A stretch of DNA of 43,554 bases from a virus (lineage: Duplodnaviria; Caudoviricetes): IMG/VR virus record IMGVR_UViG_3300025646_000091, positions 1-43,554 of that record, one strand, 5' to 3'. Position numbers and translations under genes: made by a program. A model generated the notes under the pieces. It was not told the DNA's origin. It saw only the letters and a list, made by a program, of their open reading frames with translations, and ran no database searches. Every line of letters starts with the position of its first letter. Positions within the stretch are counted from its first letter, which is position 1. This document shows, one piece after another, positions 25,688-35,208 of the stretch.

Positions 25688-27604
25688 TTAATTCCTGTTA
25701 AATGTTTGCCTTAATCCGTCTCTTGCCTCCAAGACGATTCTCTTAATTTTTACTAAACTTTTATAAATATATGCCTCAAACTTTATAGACTCCCCGTGAA
25801 TTTTGGTTTGCACTCTTTGATTAAATGTCCCGTCTTTTTTTATCTCAGTAAGGAATGCTAATTTATCAGGGTTATCTGAACTAATATATAAATCCCTCGA
25901 TGAATCTTCGGTTGGGTTTTCATCTAAATTCTCACCTGAAATTTGAACTCTACGAACAAGTTTATTTCCAAAAGTATTAAATCTGTAACCTCTTGTTACT
26001 ACCCAATTAGTGACACCAAAATTCCCATAACCCCTATTATATACATCTTCAACACCATCTAGACTTTCTAATTCAAGAATGCCCTGCTCCCAATTGAATG
26101 CATATATCTTTGACTTCCCGGAATCGCTTAATTGACAAACTTTTGTGATGCCCGGTTCATAATAATCTATGGACTCCCATTTAGAGAGAAGGGTGTTGTA
26201 AACTAATGCTACACTTAAATATTGATAATAGGGTATCGCTAAATATGTACTGCTAAAAACATATAGTCTACCTCGATTGAAAAATAATTGTGTTGTATCA
26301 AAGTCACCCCAAGATTCACTAAGTAGTAAATCTTGAATGTCACTACTTAGTGGGACATCAGTAATTCTTATCGCTTGCGGAGGTAACCCAATAGCACCTT
26401 CCCCTTTTCCACTCAAAGTCAATGCATATAAACCTTGGTTTGATAAGAATATAACTTCTTTACCGATTATCTTTTTGCATCGATTATTAACGCAACCCAT
26501 TTGGTCTGAAATTCTAATAATCGCTAATGACCCCCCCTCATCTGCAGGTCTTAAAGAATAAATTCCGTTTACTATAAAAACGGAATTATCTTTAAACACA
26601 ACTAACGAGTCATCTACTAATGGTTCAAGTGCGGTTATTTTAGACCCGTCTTGTGACCCAATAGTCAGTTTATTGTAAATTGGGAAGTCATGCGTGGATA
26701 ATGGACTTGAAACTGCAATATCATGCCTTCCCGTAGGGACAATGAGTCGATTTCCTGCCCATGATGCAAAGTTCCCCGGTGGACATTGATCCTCCAAAGA
26801 ATAAACAACCGCACTACTACTTAGAAAACTACTAGTCGCCCAATTTGGTCTTTCGCTATTATCGCATGTTTTGAGTTCAACTTCTGTTCCATTGATTGCA
26901 GAGACCTTATAAACACCCAAGTCAGTAGAAACTGCCTTTAGTACACGAACTTTCTCTCCAACACTAAAAGATGGGATTTCATGTAATGTCAGTTTTCTGA
27001 CTTCACCTTCTTGTGCATCTATTGAAAAAATTCTCGATTGTTTCCATAAGGCAAATTCTTTTTTGCTCTCAGTATACTCACCTCGATTAATTAAACTATA
27101 TTGGGGTTTTTCTTCTAATCTTGCAACTTGCTTGCCCAATATTGCAGAGGCATCTAAAGAAAAAGGTAAAGAAACTGATGGGTTATGGAAACACATTGTT
27201 GCTACATTTGTCTGTAGCAAAAATCCATTATCATTATCACTTGTTAACCAAGATGGAGGGTATTTTATTTCAGTTAAATTACCAAATACTTTACTATCAT
27301 GGATATGTGCATTTTTATTACCTGAAAGTAATAATTGTTCTGATGTCCCATCATTATAGGAAATCATATCAAGAACTTCAGCAGGGTCATATGTTATATG
27401 CCCGGTTATCTCCCCATATGATTGTATGGAACGGGAAGTTTTTCTTGGTTCAATAACCCCCTTATCTAATCGGACATTCTGTGCATAAGACAACATGCCG
27501 GGTTGTAAGGTATCTGCATCATACCTTGTGGCAAACCCTTTGAAGACTTCGTCACCATCAATAATGGTTGGGTCATCTGACTGACCATATTCTTTATATC
27601 TCAT
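25688..27604 (-). CDS. Tail tubular protein B / nozzle (P22 gp10-like)
   Basis: GF...QNVRLDKG...RK N-terminus and beta-propeller motifs (ITALEP...LVVFKDNSVF, GCV...VIFLSNQGLY, PLSSDI). Confidence 0.7.
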   Translation of the reverse strand: MRYKEYGQSDDPTIIDGDEVFKGFATRYDADTLQPGMLSYAQNVRLDKGVIEPRKTSRSIQSYGEITGHITYDPAEVLDMISYNDGTSEQLLLSGNKNAHIHDSKVFGNLTEIKYPPSWLTSDNDNGFLLQTNVATMCFHNPSVSLPFSLDASAILGKQVARLEEKPQYSLINRGEYTESKKEFALWKQSRIFSIDAQEGEVRKLTLHEIPSFSVGEKVRVLKAVSTDLGVYKVSAINGTEVELKTCDNSERPNWATSSFLSSSAVVYSLEDQCPPGNFASWAGNRLIVPTGRHDIAVSSPLSTHDFPIYNKLTIGSQDGSKITALEPLVDDSLVVFKDNSVFIVNGIYSLRPADEGGSLAIIRISDQMGCVNNRCKKIIGKEVIFLSNQGLYALTLSGKGEGAIGLPPQAIRITDVPLSSDIQDLLLSESWGDFDTTQLFFNRGRLYVFSSTYLAIPYYQYLSVALVYNTLLSKWESIDYYEPGITKVCQLSDSGKSKIYAFNWEQGILELESLDGVEDVYNRGYGNFGVTNWVVTRGYRFNTFGNKLVRRVQISGENLDENPTEDSSRDLYISSDNPDKLAFLTEIKKDGTFNQRVQTKIHGESIKFEAYIYKSLVKIKRIVLEARDGLRQTFNRN

Positions 27605-27746
27605 CCTTGCGTTTCCACATTCTGTACAATCTCCAAATCATGTAAGCACATGTAAGCACACCTGCCATTGTACCAAAAAAAGAATTAGCAAACGCCCAAG
27701 AAGTTCCTGTGCCTACTGCCCCGATTATTAAAGCATTATCACTCAT
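27594..27746 (-). CDS. Holin-like 50-aa membrane protein (not in the ORF track)
   Basis: MSDNALIIGAVGTGTSWAFANSFFGTMAGVLTCAYMIWRLYRMWKRKDEI: hydrophobic with a basic C-terminus; overlaps both neighbours. Confidence 0.55.
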   Translation of the reverse strand: MSDNALIIGAVGTGTSWAFANSFFGTMAGVLTCAYMIWRLYRMWKRKDEI

Positions 27747-28149
27747 TTCCACTTTTTATGTCTTTAATTTTTCTCCCAAGGTGACGGGTGTATACAATTG
27801 GGATTAGTATGTATAAACCAAATCCAACCCCCACTATTAACAATAAACTTTTTATTCCATCCAACGCTTTCGTGACCCAACTTTTTTGATCCTCCATCTG
27901 AATCTTGACCAACTTCTCCACATCTCCTTGAGTTAAGGCAGAAATAGTTTGTTGTGCCTCCTTGTTCCGATCCAATTCGTGTACCAATTGTCCTACCCCT
28001 GCTCCCAAAGTACCCCCGGCAACTGCCCCCGGTATCCCTCCGATTGACCCAATACCTGCTCCGACTCCCCCTCCGATTGTCGGAGCAAAGGACTTTATTG
28101 AGCAGGAATTTAACAATAGCAGGATGCATATTAAAAATGTAAAGTGCAT
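27739..28149 (-). CDS. Glycine-zipper lipoprotein with C-terminal TM helix (unimolecular-spanin-like topology)
   Basis: Lipobox LLNSC, GxxxG repeats, C-terminal LLLIVGVGFGLYILIPIVY plus basic tail. Confidence 0.55.
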   Translation of the reverse strand: MHFTFLICILLLLNSCSIKSFAPTIGGGVGAGIGSIGGIPGAVAGGTLGAGVGQLVHELDRNKEAQQTISALTQGDVEKLVKIQMEDQKSWVTKALDGIKSLLLIVGVGFGLYILIPIVYTRHLGRKIKDIKSGNE

Positions 28150-28156
28150 GACATAA

Positions 28157-31100
28157 TTAGGGTCTGCCTATTGTTGCAAATGTTGTTAGACCTGTGTCTA
28201 CTACCGGATTCGCTTGGGAATTAGAACTACCCAAAAGTGCAGTTCCTATTCCACCTCTTCCATCACCCCACATATAAAATTCGTTATTATTTAGATGTCC
28301 ATTTCGCCCTGTTGTTACTTTAATCTTTTTGTAGGTAATTGGATTCCCATTATAATCTGTAGCACTAAATGGCCCACTAATTTCTCTAATAATTGCATAC
28401 TCACCACCACTTGTTGAGTAATACCATGAAAAATAATTTGAGTGTGGCCCGGTTCTAACTACAATATCACCTACCTCCTCAGGTCTGCCTAGTGAGTTGT
28501 TATATCCATGCCTAGTGAATGACTCCAATTGTTCAAGTGTGTATGTATAATTAGAATTATATCTAAAATAATCTTCAGAGTCCGGTGTTCCATCACCATC
28601 TTGATCAGGTTGAGGTGATAAGTTTTCTTGTAAATCTACCCTGACCAAATTTTCATAGACTGCATTTGGTCCATAATACAAAACATTATTGAAAACATAA
28701 GTATAAGACCCATCACCTCTTTCAAACTTGTATTTTGCTACACCATAGTCATAACCTTGGTATATTAAGTATTCTCCTACGGATACACTAGTGTCATTGC
28801 CACTACCATCTGCTAATACCCAATAGTTGTTGGCAGTAACTTTTACTATACTGCCAACACTTAGGTTTGAATGACTATAATAAGTATCATCAAAATAATC
28901 ATTTTGAAGCGTTGCAAGTGTTTGAGTGTATGAAGGATTATTTATGAAATAATCTGTATCATCCGCAACTCCATCTGAATCACTATCAGGAATTGTTGTT
29001 TGCTGACCATCAGGAACAACTACCTCATAATTCGTTCCTCTCTCATCTTGACCAACATACCTAGTATTTGTGTCACCATATTTATCAATTGTGTCCCATA
29101 ATAATGTATTTGTTCCGGCAGTACGGGATTGTCTGATAAGCAAATATTCACCAACATACTGATCGGGTCTGTTAGGAGATGTTATCTTGATAACTGACCC
29201 TACTCCTATAGTGCCAAGTGGGTCTAATACCCAAGCATTCAACTCTTCTTCGGTTTCAGGTCTCAACCCGGTGTGATCCCAATAATTATTTACACTATCA
29301 TCATTTGCTCCCCCAAAGAAATAGTCATGGTCATCCCTCACCCCATCTGAATCAGAGTCGATGGGTACACCCCTGATTTCCCAATTCCTTTGGTCTGTTG
29401 TGGGAGATGATGGACCATTTGCCATGCCAAGCAAAGTCTCAGGCATGATTGACCCATTCCTTGCTCTCATTCGATAATTTACATTTGGAAAAACCCCATC
29501 GTAACTGATGAGTTTTTCCTCCACTATGTAAAATTGGTTGGTCTCATAACCTGCCCAAGGAGCACCTAAATATTTAAAAACCGCTCCCGGTTCAGTCATA
29601 GAAACATCTCCACTTATGACAGGGTATGCATCTAGTTCCTCATAAGTGTGAGTAAGGGTAGAATCTAAATAGAAGTAATCATTGGCATCCAAAATGGTAT
29701 CTGCGTCAGTATCCAATGGTTCACCTACAGGACTAGTCTCTTTATATGGATGACCATCAACTAAAGATTCAGTTATTCCCCATTTATGGGCAAGGTATCC
29801 CTCAACTTTTGTAATGTCATTTTCATTGGTAAACATCAAAATTTCTGCGAAAGACCCATCAAAAGGTTGTTGATCATTCTCATTATGTCCCAAGATAAAC
29901 GCCTCTATATTGTAGTCGCCTAGATCAGATGCGTATGCTTCTGCACCATTAACTCTTGAATAGGAGTTTACACCATTTATCTTGGCAACATACAATTGCC
30001 ATCCTGTATTTTCTACACTTCCAAAATAGAGGAATTTGAAATTCCCATCTCTCTTACCAAAAAACTCAAACAAACCTGTACCTCTTTTTCTCATGGTCAA
30101 TCTGCCTGAGGAATTTTTAGACCCTGACCAAGGGTATGCCTGTACAGAATTTTGCTCAGGATCAAACTTTGCAATGAATGCCATAAAAATAGGATTATTT
30201 TCCTGATCCCAATTAAATGAGGTATTTTCTAGGTTATGATTATTAAATCCAAAGGTAGACAGGTTATTTAATGACTCCACATGAGATGGGCCTACTTGCC
30301 CAACATCAACTGAGAGGTGATACCCATTGCCACTTTTGTCCTGAACTTGAGTTATCTCTGTACCTGATAGAGTTAAGGTTGTGGCATCACTTGGGTCATA
30401 CCACAATTGAGTTCCTGATGAAGAGGCATCCCAATTTGATGGTGGAAATGATAGTAGTGGATCATCAGGATAAGCATCTGCCCGGTCTCCAACTCCATCT
30501 CCATCACTATCTGCTGACTCCAATGGATCATTAGGGAAAGCATCAGGGTTGTTGCCGGATGGATTATCACCATAACCATCACCATCAGAGTCTGTGTTTT
30601 GAGTAGGATCGTTAGGGAAGGCATCAGGATTATTGCCGGATGGGTTGTCTCCATAACCATCCCCGTCAGAGTCCGTATTTTGAGTAGCATCGTTAGGGAA
30701 GGCATCAGGGTTGTTACCCAATGGATTATCACCATACCCATCCCCGTCTGAGTCCGTAGTTTGGGTAGCATCATTTGGAAAAGCGTCAGGGTTGTTACCG
30801 GATTGGTTGTCACCATAACCATCCCCGTCTGAGTCCGTATTTTGGGTAGGATCGTTAGGGAAAGCGTCAGGGTTGTTACCTGACAGGTTATCTCCATAAC
30901 CATCCCCGTCCGAATCTGTGGTTTGGGTAGGATCGTTAGGGAAGGCATCAGGATTATTACCTAATGGATTATCACCAAATCCATCCCCATCGGAATCTGT
31001 GGTTTGGGTAGCATCATTAGGGAAAGCATCAGGATTGTTACCCAATGGATTATCACCATACCCATCCCCATCAGAATCTGTGGTTTGAGTAGGGTCATCA

Positions 31101-31804
31101 GGAAAAGCGTCAGGGTTGTTACCGGATTGGTTGTCTCCATAACCATCACCATCGGAATCTGTAGTTTGGGTAGCATCATTTGGGAAGGCATCAGGGTTGT
31201 TACCCAATGGGTTGTCTCCATACCCATCCCCATCGGAGTCTGTGGTTTGGGTAGGATCGTTAGGAAAGGCATCAGGGTTGTTACCGGATGGATTATCTCC
31301 ATAACCATCACCATCAGAATCTGTGGTTTGAGTGGGGTCATCCTTAAAAGCATCAAATGGATCAAGCACTCCATCATTATCTGTATCAACAACTGCATCT
31401 GAATTAGGAGATACAGAATACTGAATGTCACTTGGTAAAGTTTGAGTATTCATACCCCAATCCTCATACTCAACTCCTGTGGTCATTACATTATTATCAA
31501 AATAAAATGTCTGACCATTTATATTGTAAAGTTCCGGACTAACTAAACCACTAGAATTTTGATAAACAGGCCAAAAGTAACCCGGAGACTCAGCATCCAC
31601 ATATGTGTAATAGGGAGTATTTGCCCCTACATTAGGGTCATTAGGATCGGCATCTATGTCATCCGGCACTCCATCCCCATCAGTATCAACAAACCCTGTG
31701 TATTCCTTGACGGCATCCAAGGTTCTCTTTGTTAAATCTAATTCATCCCTGATTGGAATAATTATATTCGCAATAATTTGTGCTAATTCTTCAACTATCT
31801 TCAT
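28157..31804 (-). CDS. Large virion adhesin/decoration protein: thrombospondin type-3-like repeats, a LamG/ConA-like domain and four C-terminal modules
   Basis: DSDGDGYGDN repeats; LWYDPSD...QDKSGNGYHL...AEIL...VEGYLAHKWG domain. Confidence 0.75.
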   Translation of the reverse strand: MKIVEELAQIIANIIIPIRDELDLTKRTLDAVKEYTGFVDTDGDGVPDDIDADPNDPNVGANTPYYTYVDAESPGYFWPVYQNSSGLVSPELYNINGQTFYFDNNVMTTGVEYEDWGMNTQTLPSDIQYSVSPNSDAVVDTDNDGVLDPFDAFKDDPTQTTDSDGDGYGDNPSGNNPDAFPNDPTQTTDSDGDGYGDNPLGNNPDAFPNDATQTTDSDGDGYGDNQSGNNPDAFPDDPTQTTDSDGDGYGDNPLGNNPDAFPNDATQTTDSDGDGFGDNPLGNNPDAFPNDPTQTTDSDGDGYGDNLSGNNPDAFPNDPTQNTDSDGDGYGDNQSGNNPDAFPNDATQTTDSDGDGYGDNPLGNNPDAFPNDATQNTDSDGDGYGDNPSGNNPDAFPNDPTQNTDSDGDGYGDNPSGNNPDAFPNDPLESADSDGDGVGDRADAYPDDPLLSFPPSNWDASSSGTQLWYDPSDATTLTLSGTEITQVQDKSGNGYHLSVDVGQVGPSHVESLNNLSTFGFNNHNLENTSFNWDQENNPIFMAFIAKFDPEQNSVQAYPWSGSKNSSGRLTMRKRGTGLFEFFGKRDGNFKFLYFGSVENTGWQLYVAKINGVNSYSRVNGAEAYASDLGDYNIEAFILGHNENDQQPFDGSFAEILMFTNENDITKVEGYLAHKWGITESLVDGHPYKETSPVGEPLDTDADTILDANDYFYLDSTLTHTYEELDAYPVISGDVSMTEPGAVFKYLGAPWAGYETNQFYIVEEKLISYDGVFPNVNYRMRARNGSIMPETLLGMANGPSSPTTDQRNWEIRGVPIDSDSDGVRDDHDYFFGGANDDSVNNYWDHTGLRPETEEELNAWVLDPLGTIGVGSVIKITSPNRPDQYVGEYLLIRQSRTAGTNTLLWDTIDKYGDTNTRYVGQDERGTNYEVVVPDGQQTTIPDSDSDGVADDTDYFINNPSYTQTLATLQNDYFDDTYYSHSNLSVGSIVKVTANNYWVLADGSGNDTSVSVGEYLIYQGYDYGVAKYKFERGDGSYTYVFNNVLYYGPNAVYENLVRVDLQENLSPQPDQDGDGTPDSEDYFRYNSNYTYTLEQLESFTRHGYNNSLGRPEEVGDIVVRTGPHSNYFSWYYSTSGGEYAIIREISGPFSATDYNGNPITYKKIKVTTGRNGHLNNNEFYMWGDGRGGIGTALLGSSNSQANPVVDTGLTTFATIGRP
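30460..31354 (-). repeat. 81-bp (27-aa) coding tandem repeat, 10 full units plus 1 partial
   Basis: Unit DAFPNDPTQTTDSDGDGYGDNPSGNNP with mostly synonymous divergence. Confidence 0.95.
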
Positions 31805-33021
31805 GACAATGCATTTTCTAGTGCAATCTGAAACTCTTCCATAGTCCCAAAAACATCTGTGGTAACTAAATTATTAGCACGAAGATTTGCTAAATTCCCA
31901 CCAACCTTAAATTGCCAAATACTGACAGAATTATCCCAAGAAAGTTCTGCTTTTTCAATAGATGCTCCACGATTTATATGGAAACCTGAAACCCCTGCGG
32001 TTGTTGTGCCATCTTGTTTTCTATTTACTTCAATAAAGTCATCTTCAATTTCAACAACCTGACTAGAGTGAATTTTCATCTGCCCCTGCACCTCAACGGA
32101 GTTGCAGGTCAAGTTTCCTTGGACATCAGCATCACCCTTGATTGTTAATCTAGTTTGATTTGCAGTCCCGTCTCCAATCTCTGCCCTTAGACCTGACAAA
32201 AGGTCTAGGGCAGTAAAGTCTTCGCAGGTTACCTTAGCATTAACACTCAAATTATTGGAAACTAGCAATGAACCCCCAATACTAGCATTTCCTGAGGCAT
32301 TTAACCCTGCGACATTAAAAACACTTACATTAGCACCTGAAGATTGGTTTATTTGATTTGTTACATATTCTTTAGTCGCATAAGTATCAGCAAGAGCACT
32401 TGATGTGGCATATGTTCCAAGACTTAATCGAGTTGCATATTTATTATCTGAATCACTTTTATTGTAGTAATTATTTGTGAGACTAGATGAAGTTACATAA
32501 TTACCTAAACTTGATTTTGTTGCGTAAGTTGTGCTTGCTACAGAACTAGGTAAAGCATTGTTTGCAGTTTGTTGTACTGAAAACAAGGATAACCTGACAT
32601 TTTTTTGGTCCTGACCAAGCAATCTTGCTAACTGCTCGTATTCGGTCTGAAGTTCTGAGGATGTAGGAGAGTTGTACTCATTGGTAAAACCATCAATAGT
32701 ACCAAGGTTACTTTTTAGAACAATATCTGTGGAGTCATTTAAGTCACCACTACCTAAAGATACTTGTTCACCTGACTTACCATTTACGCTTAAAATTCTA
32801 CCAATTGTAGACGAATCTGTTAAATCTGTCGATGCAAGCGATATATCACCTGAACTAAGGCCATTCACCGACTTAACAGGTGCTTTAGTAAAAAGACCTG
32901 TTAAGTTTATTCTTTTAGTTCTAGGTGTGCCTAAGGGGTTTAAATCAACTATTGGAATAACATCGTCATCTGATAATTGCTCAGGAGTTATTACAGGTAA
33001 TTCTGATATTTTTACTGCCAT
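31801..33021 (-). CDS. Tail fibre/whisker-like protein
   Basis: KISELP N-terminus, SVNG and YATK repeats, beta-helix-like stretch, VEIEDDFIEVN...GFHINRG...LSWD. Confidence 0.65.
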   Translation of the reverse strand: MAVKISELPVITPEQLSDDDVIPIVDLNPLGTPRTKRINLTGLFTKAPVKSVNGLSSGDISLASTDLTDSSTIGRILSVNGKSGEQVSLGSGDLNDSTDIVLKSNLGTIDGFTNEYNSPTSSELQTEYEQLARLLGQDQKNVRLSLFSVQQTANNALPSSVASTTYATKSSLGNYVTSSSLTNNYYNKSDSDNKYATRLSLGTYATSSALADTYATKEYVTNQINQSSGANVSVFNVAGLNASGNASIGGSLLVSNNLSVNAKVTCEDFTALDLLSGLRAEIGDGTANQTRLTIKGDADVQGNLTCNSVEVQGQMKIHSSQVVEIEDDFIEVNRKQDGTTTAGVSGFHINRGASIEKAELSWDNSVSIWQFKVGGNLANLRANNLVTTDVFGTMEEFQIALENALS

Positions 33022-33023
33022 TA

Positions 33024-33191
33024 TTATCCTTCCCCTACGATTGGAACTCCAAGTTCAGTCACCAAAACATTACCATCCTCATCTGCCATTTGTATGCCAT
33101 CAACTTCTCCCTCAGGAACTACAGAAGTAAAAGGAGGCATAATTGCAGATTGGTAATACAATCCAAATGATAATGTTGATTGAAGTGACAT
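33024..33191 (-). CDS. Small virion-associated hypothetical protein, 55 aa (not in the ORF track)
   Basis: MSLQSTLSFG...MADEDGNVLVTELGVPIVGEG fills the gap exactly; TAATG coupling upstream. Confidence 0.55.
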   Translation of the reverse strand: MSLQSTLSFGLYYQSAIMPPFTSVVPEGEVDGIQMADEDGNVLVTELGVPIVGEG

Positions 33192-33445
33192 TATGAGTTG
33201 TTATATAAAATTGCAGACCCGGAACTCAGTTGTAGTTCAAAACATCTACCAAAAAGAGTAAATCCTGCAGGGACATTTAACCCACTAAAAGAAGCACTAC
33301 TTTCGTCTATGTTGCCTGTGTAATGGTGTATTTGGGAGTCTTGAGTAAACTGAATTGCGATCCAATCTCCTGAGTAATTCACTCCTGACCCAATGAGTTT
33401 TCCTCCCTCCTGTCCTGTCAAATTTCTTACATTATCCTGTGCCAT
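33191..33445 (-). CDS. Small beta-rich virion protein, 84 aa
   Basis: WIAIQFTQDS...AGFTLFG...LSSGSAILY; in the structural operon. Confidence 0.6.
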   Translation of the reverse strand: MAQDNVRNLTGQEGGKLIGSGVNYSGDWIAIQFTQDSQIHHYTGNIDESSASFSGLNVPAGFTLFGRCFELQLSSGSAILYNNS

Positions 33446-33448
33446 GAC

Positions 33449-34054
33449 TTATGAATACATTATTGTGTTAGGTGCAATATTGTTATACTGCAGAATTGTT
33501 AGTGAGTTTTGTTGTTGTTGTCTCTCCACTCTATCGATCTGATTTAATAAAAAGTCTTCTGCCCTAGCATCTTCTCTTTGTGCTAAATCTGCCTGTCCAT
33601 CACCCCGGTAAAAATCACTAAGTATTGCAGAAATTAAGTAACTCTCCAAAAACTTAGGCAAATCACTTGATGTTTCATCGTATTCGCTGAAGATTTTTTT
33701 AGTTAAAACATACACTTTGTTATCATACACTAATTCATCAACATTTAGATAAATCTTGGAGTCAATTAACCTATAATTTATCTTCCTTGCAGTTCTATCT
33801 TTGTATGGATTTTTATTCCAAACCTCTAGTACATCTCTGCCATTTAGGTCTCCAACATATTGAGCATTATTATCACTCGCAATTGAGACCTCTACTAGTT
33901 CAATAAGTTCAGGGTAATTTGCTCTACTCCAAGCACTATTCATCCTTGTGTTTAATGAGTTTTTAAAGAAAAACATGTCAGTTGCATCCATTGATGCAAG
34001 ACCTGCAATTGCCTGAAACTTTTTCTTTAAATTATTAAATGATATAGTTTGCAT
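33449..34054 (-). CDS. Head-tail adaptor (tail tubular A-like), paralogue 2
   Basis: About 200 aa, after the capsid gene; LPKFLESYLISAILSDFYRGDGQ. Confidence 0.55.
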   Translation of the reverse strand: MQTISFNNLKKKFQAIAGLASMDATDMFFFKNSLNTRMNSAWSRANYPELIELVEVSIASDNNAQYVGDLNGRDVLEVWNKNPYKDRTARKINYRLIDSKIYLNVDELVYDNKVYVLTKKIFSEYDETSSDLPKFLESYLISAILSDFYRGDGQADLAQREDARAEDFLLNQIDRVERQQQQNSLTILQYNNIAPNTIMYS

Positions 34055-34824
34055 TATTGGATATTATTGGCAAGTGGTTGACCTGCATTGACAGGTTGTC
34101 CACCAATTGATTGGTTGTGCCTTCTAAATTGAGATGCAGGTCTATATTCAATTATGTCACTCCTGAATCCCCTTGATTGGTTTTGAACTTTATCAATTGC
34201 TTGTTGGAGTGCTTTTTCTGCATTTATCTCCTCTTGCATCGCTTTTGATGCTTGCCCGTCCGACTTCAAAAAATCGACATAACTGCCATAAATCAGATAA
34301 TCAGATATTGAGTAAGGCAAATCCCCATTATCACCTGACTCGCTCCCATATTTACCCGTTGTAGTCCCACTTTTTTCTAAAATATGGAATCGTAGGTCTT
34401 TCCGATAAGTCACATAAATAGTACCTGAATCCTCATTTAATTTTTTTTGAATTTTAGCAAGTTGATCCCCTAAAGAATTATTCTCTAAAAAATACAAATA
34501 TTCCTCACCAAAATCATCTATTGAATGAAACCTTGGGTCAGATTTGTGTATTCTGTAAACAATATCTGCAGGTTTAAATAATGTCCTGTCTGCAGATTGT
34601 GTGCCTGAAACATTTTGCAAACAAATGGAATTACTAGTCCCTAAATTTATTGCTTCCCCATAAATAGTAAACTCAGGAAACGGGTATCTTTCATGGGCAA
34701 TTCTTGCCCTTCCATTTACAAACTCTCTTAATGCCAACCCATCTTCAGTAGACAAGTCATCAACACCAACAAGTGATTTGTATCTAGAAACTAAATCTTG
34801 ATAAGCATAATTAGGAGGGGGCAT
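34054..34824 (-). CDS. Head-tail adaptor (tail tubular A-like), paralogue 1
   Basis: LPYSISDYLIYGSYVDFLKSDGQ aligns with the neighbouring gene. Confidence 0.55.
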   Translation of the reverse strand: MPPPNYAYQDLVSRYKSLVGVDDLSTEDGLALREFVNGRARIAHERYPFPEFTIYGEAINLGTSNSICLQNVSGTQSADRTLFKPADIVYRIHKSDPRFHSIDDFGEEYLYFLENNSLGDQLAKIQKKLNEDSGTIYVTYRKDLRFHILEKSGTTTGKYGSESGDNGDLPYSISDYLIYGSYVDFLKSDGQASKAMQEEINAEKALQQAIDKVQNQSRGFRSDIIEYRPASQFRRHNQSIGGQPVNAGQPLANNIQ

Positions 34825-35135
34825 TAGTCAGGTTGGATTCGGCATTCAGGATTGTCCTTGTAAAACTTGTCCCTATTACCTTGATCTGACCAAAAACCGG
34901 GAGCATGTTGCTCCCATCTAAGAAATGTTCTAGCATCTATTGCTCCTACAGGTTTAAAGTGCTTAGACTTAGCACCTTTTAGGTGTTCATGTGCTTTAGC
35001 AACTGCCCGTTGCCTGTCTTTGTAGGTTGCTTTTTCGTTATACATATCTTGCTCATTTTGCTTTTGCAAACGAGCAATATACTCCTCATCAGACCTTCGT
35101 TTAGAACTTCCTTTGACAATTATATTAAGTGGCAT
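34824..35135 (-). CDS. Hypothetical protein downstream of capsid, 103 aa
   Basis: IDARTFLRWEQ...FW...KDNPE; coupled to the adaptor gene. Confidence 0.6.
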   Translation of the reverse strand: MPLNIIVKGSSKRRSDEEYIARLQKQNEQDMYNEKATYKDRQRAVAKAHEHLKGAKSKHFKPVGAIDARTFLRWEQHAPGFWSDQGNRDKFYKDNPECRIQPD

Positions 35136-35138
35136 GAT

Positions 35139-35179
35139 AAAAAAGGTTTGGGGAGGGGGGAGGACTTCTCCCCCTCCCC
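35139..35179 (-). terminator. Terminator after the major capsid gene
   Basis: GC-rich hairpin GGGGAGGGG...CCCCTCCCC, with a T-run a few nt downstream on the - strand. Confidence 0.65.
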
Positions 35180-35208
35180 GGACACATCACATCAGTTTAA
35201 AACTGACA

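Noticed and set aside
27639-27660. 10-bp tandem duplication CATGTAAGCA
   Set aside because: It lies within the holin-like ORF and leaves that frame open; too short to support a function.
30460-31354. Regular 81-bp repeats as a possible CRISPR array
   Set aside because: No unique spacers; the repeat is in-frame coding (27 aa) with synonymous variation, and there are no cas genes.
28157-33021. Diversity-generating retroelement acting on fibre genes
   Set aside because: No reverse transcriptase and no TR/VR pair with adenine-specific mismatches was seen.
35181-35194. CACATCACATCA just downstream of the capsid gene, matching the array motif
   Set aside because: It is on the strand opposite to local transcription and not followed by an ATG or ORF; a single short match may be chance.
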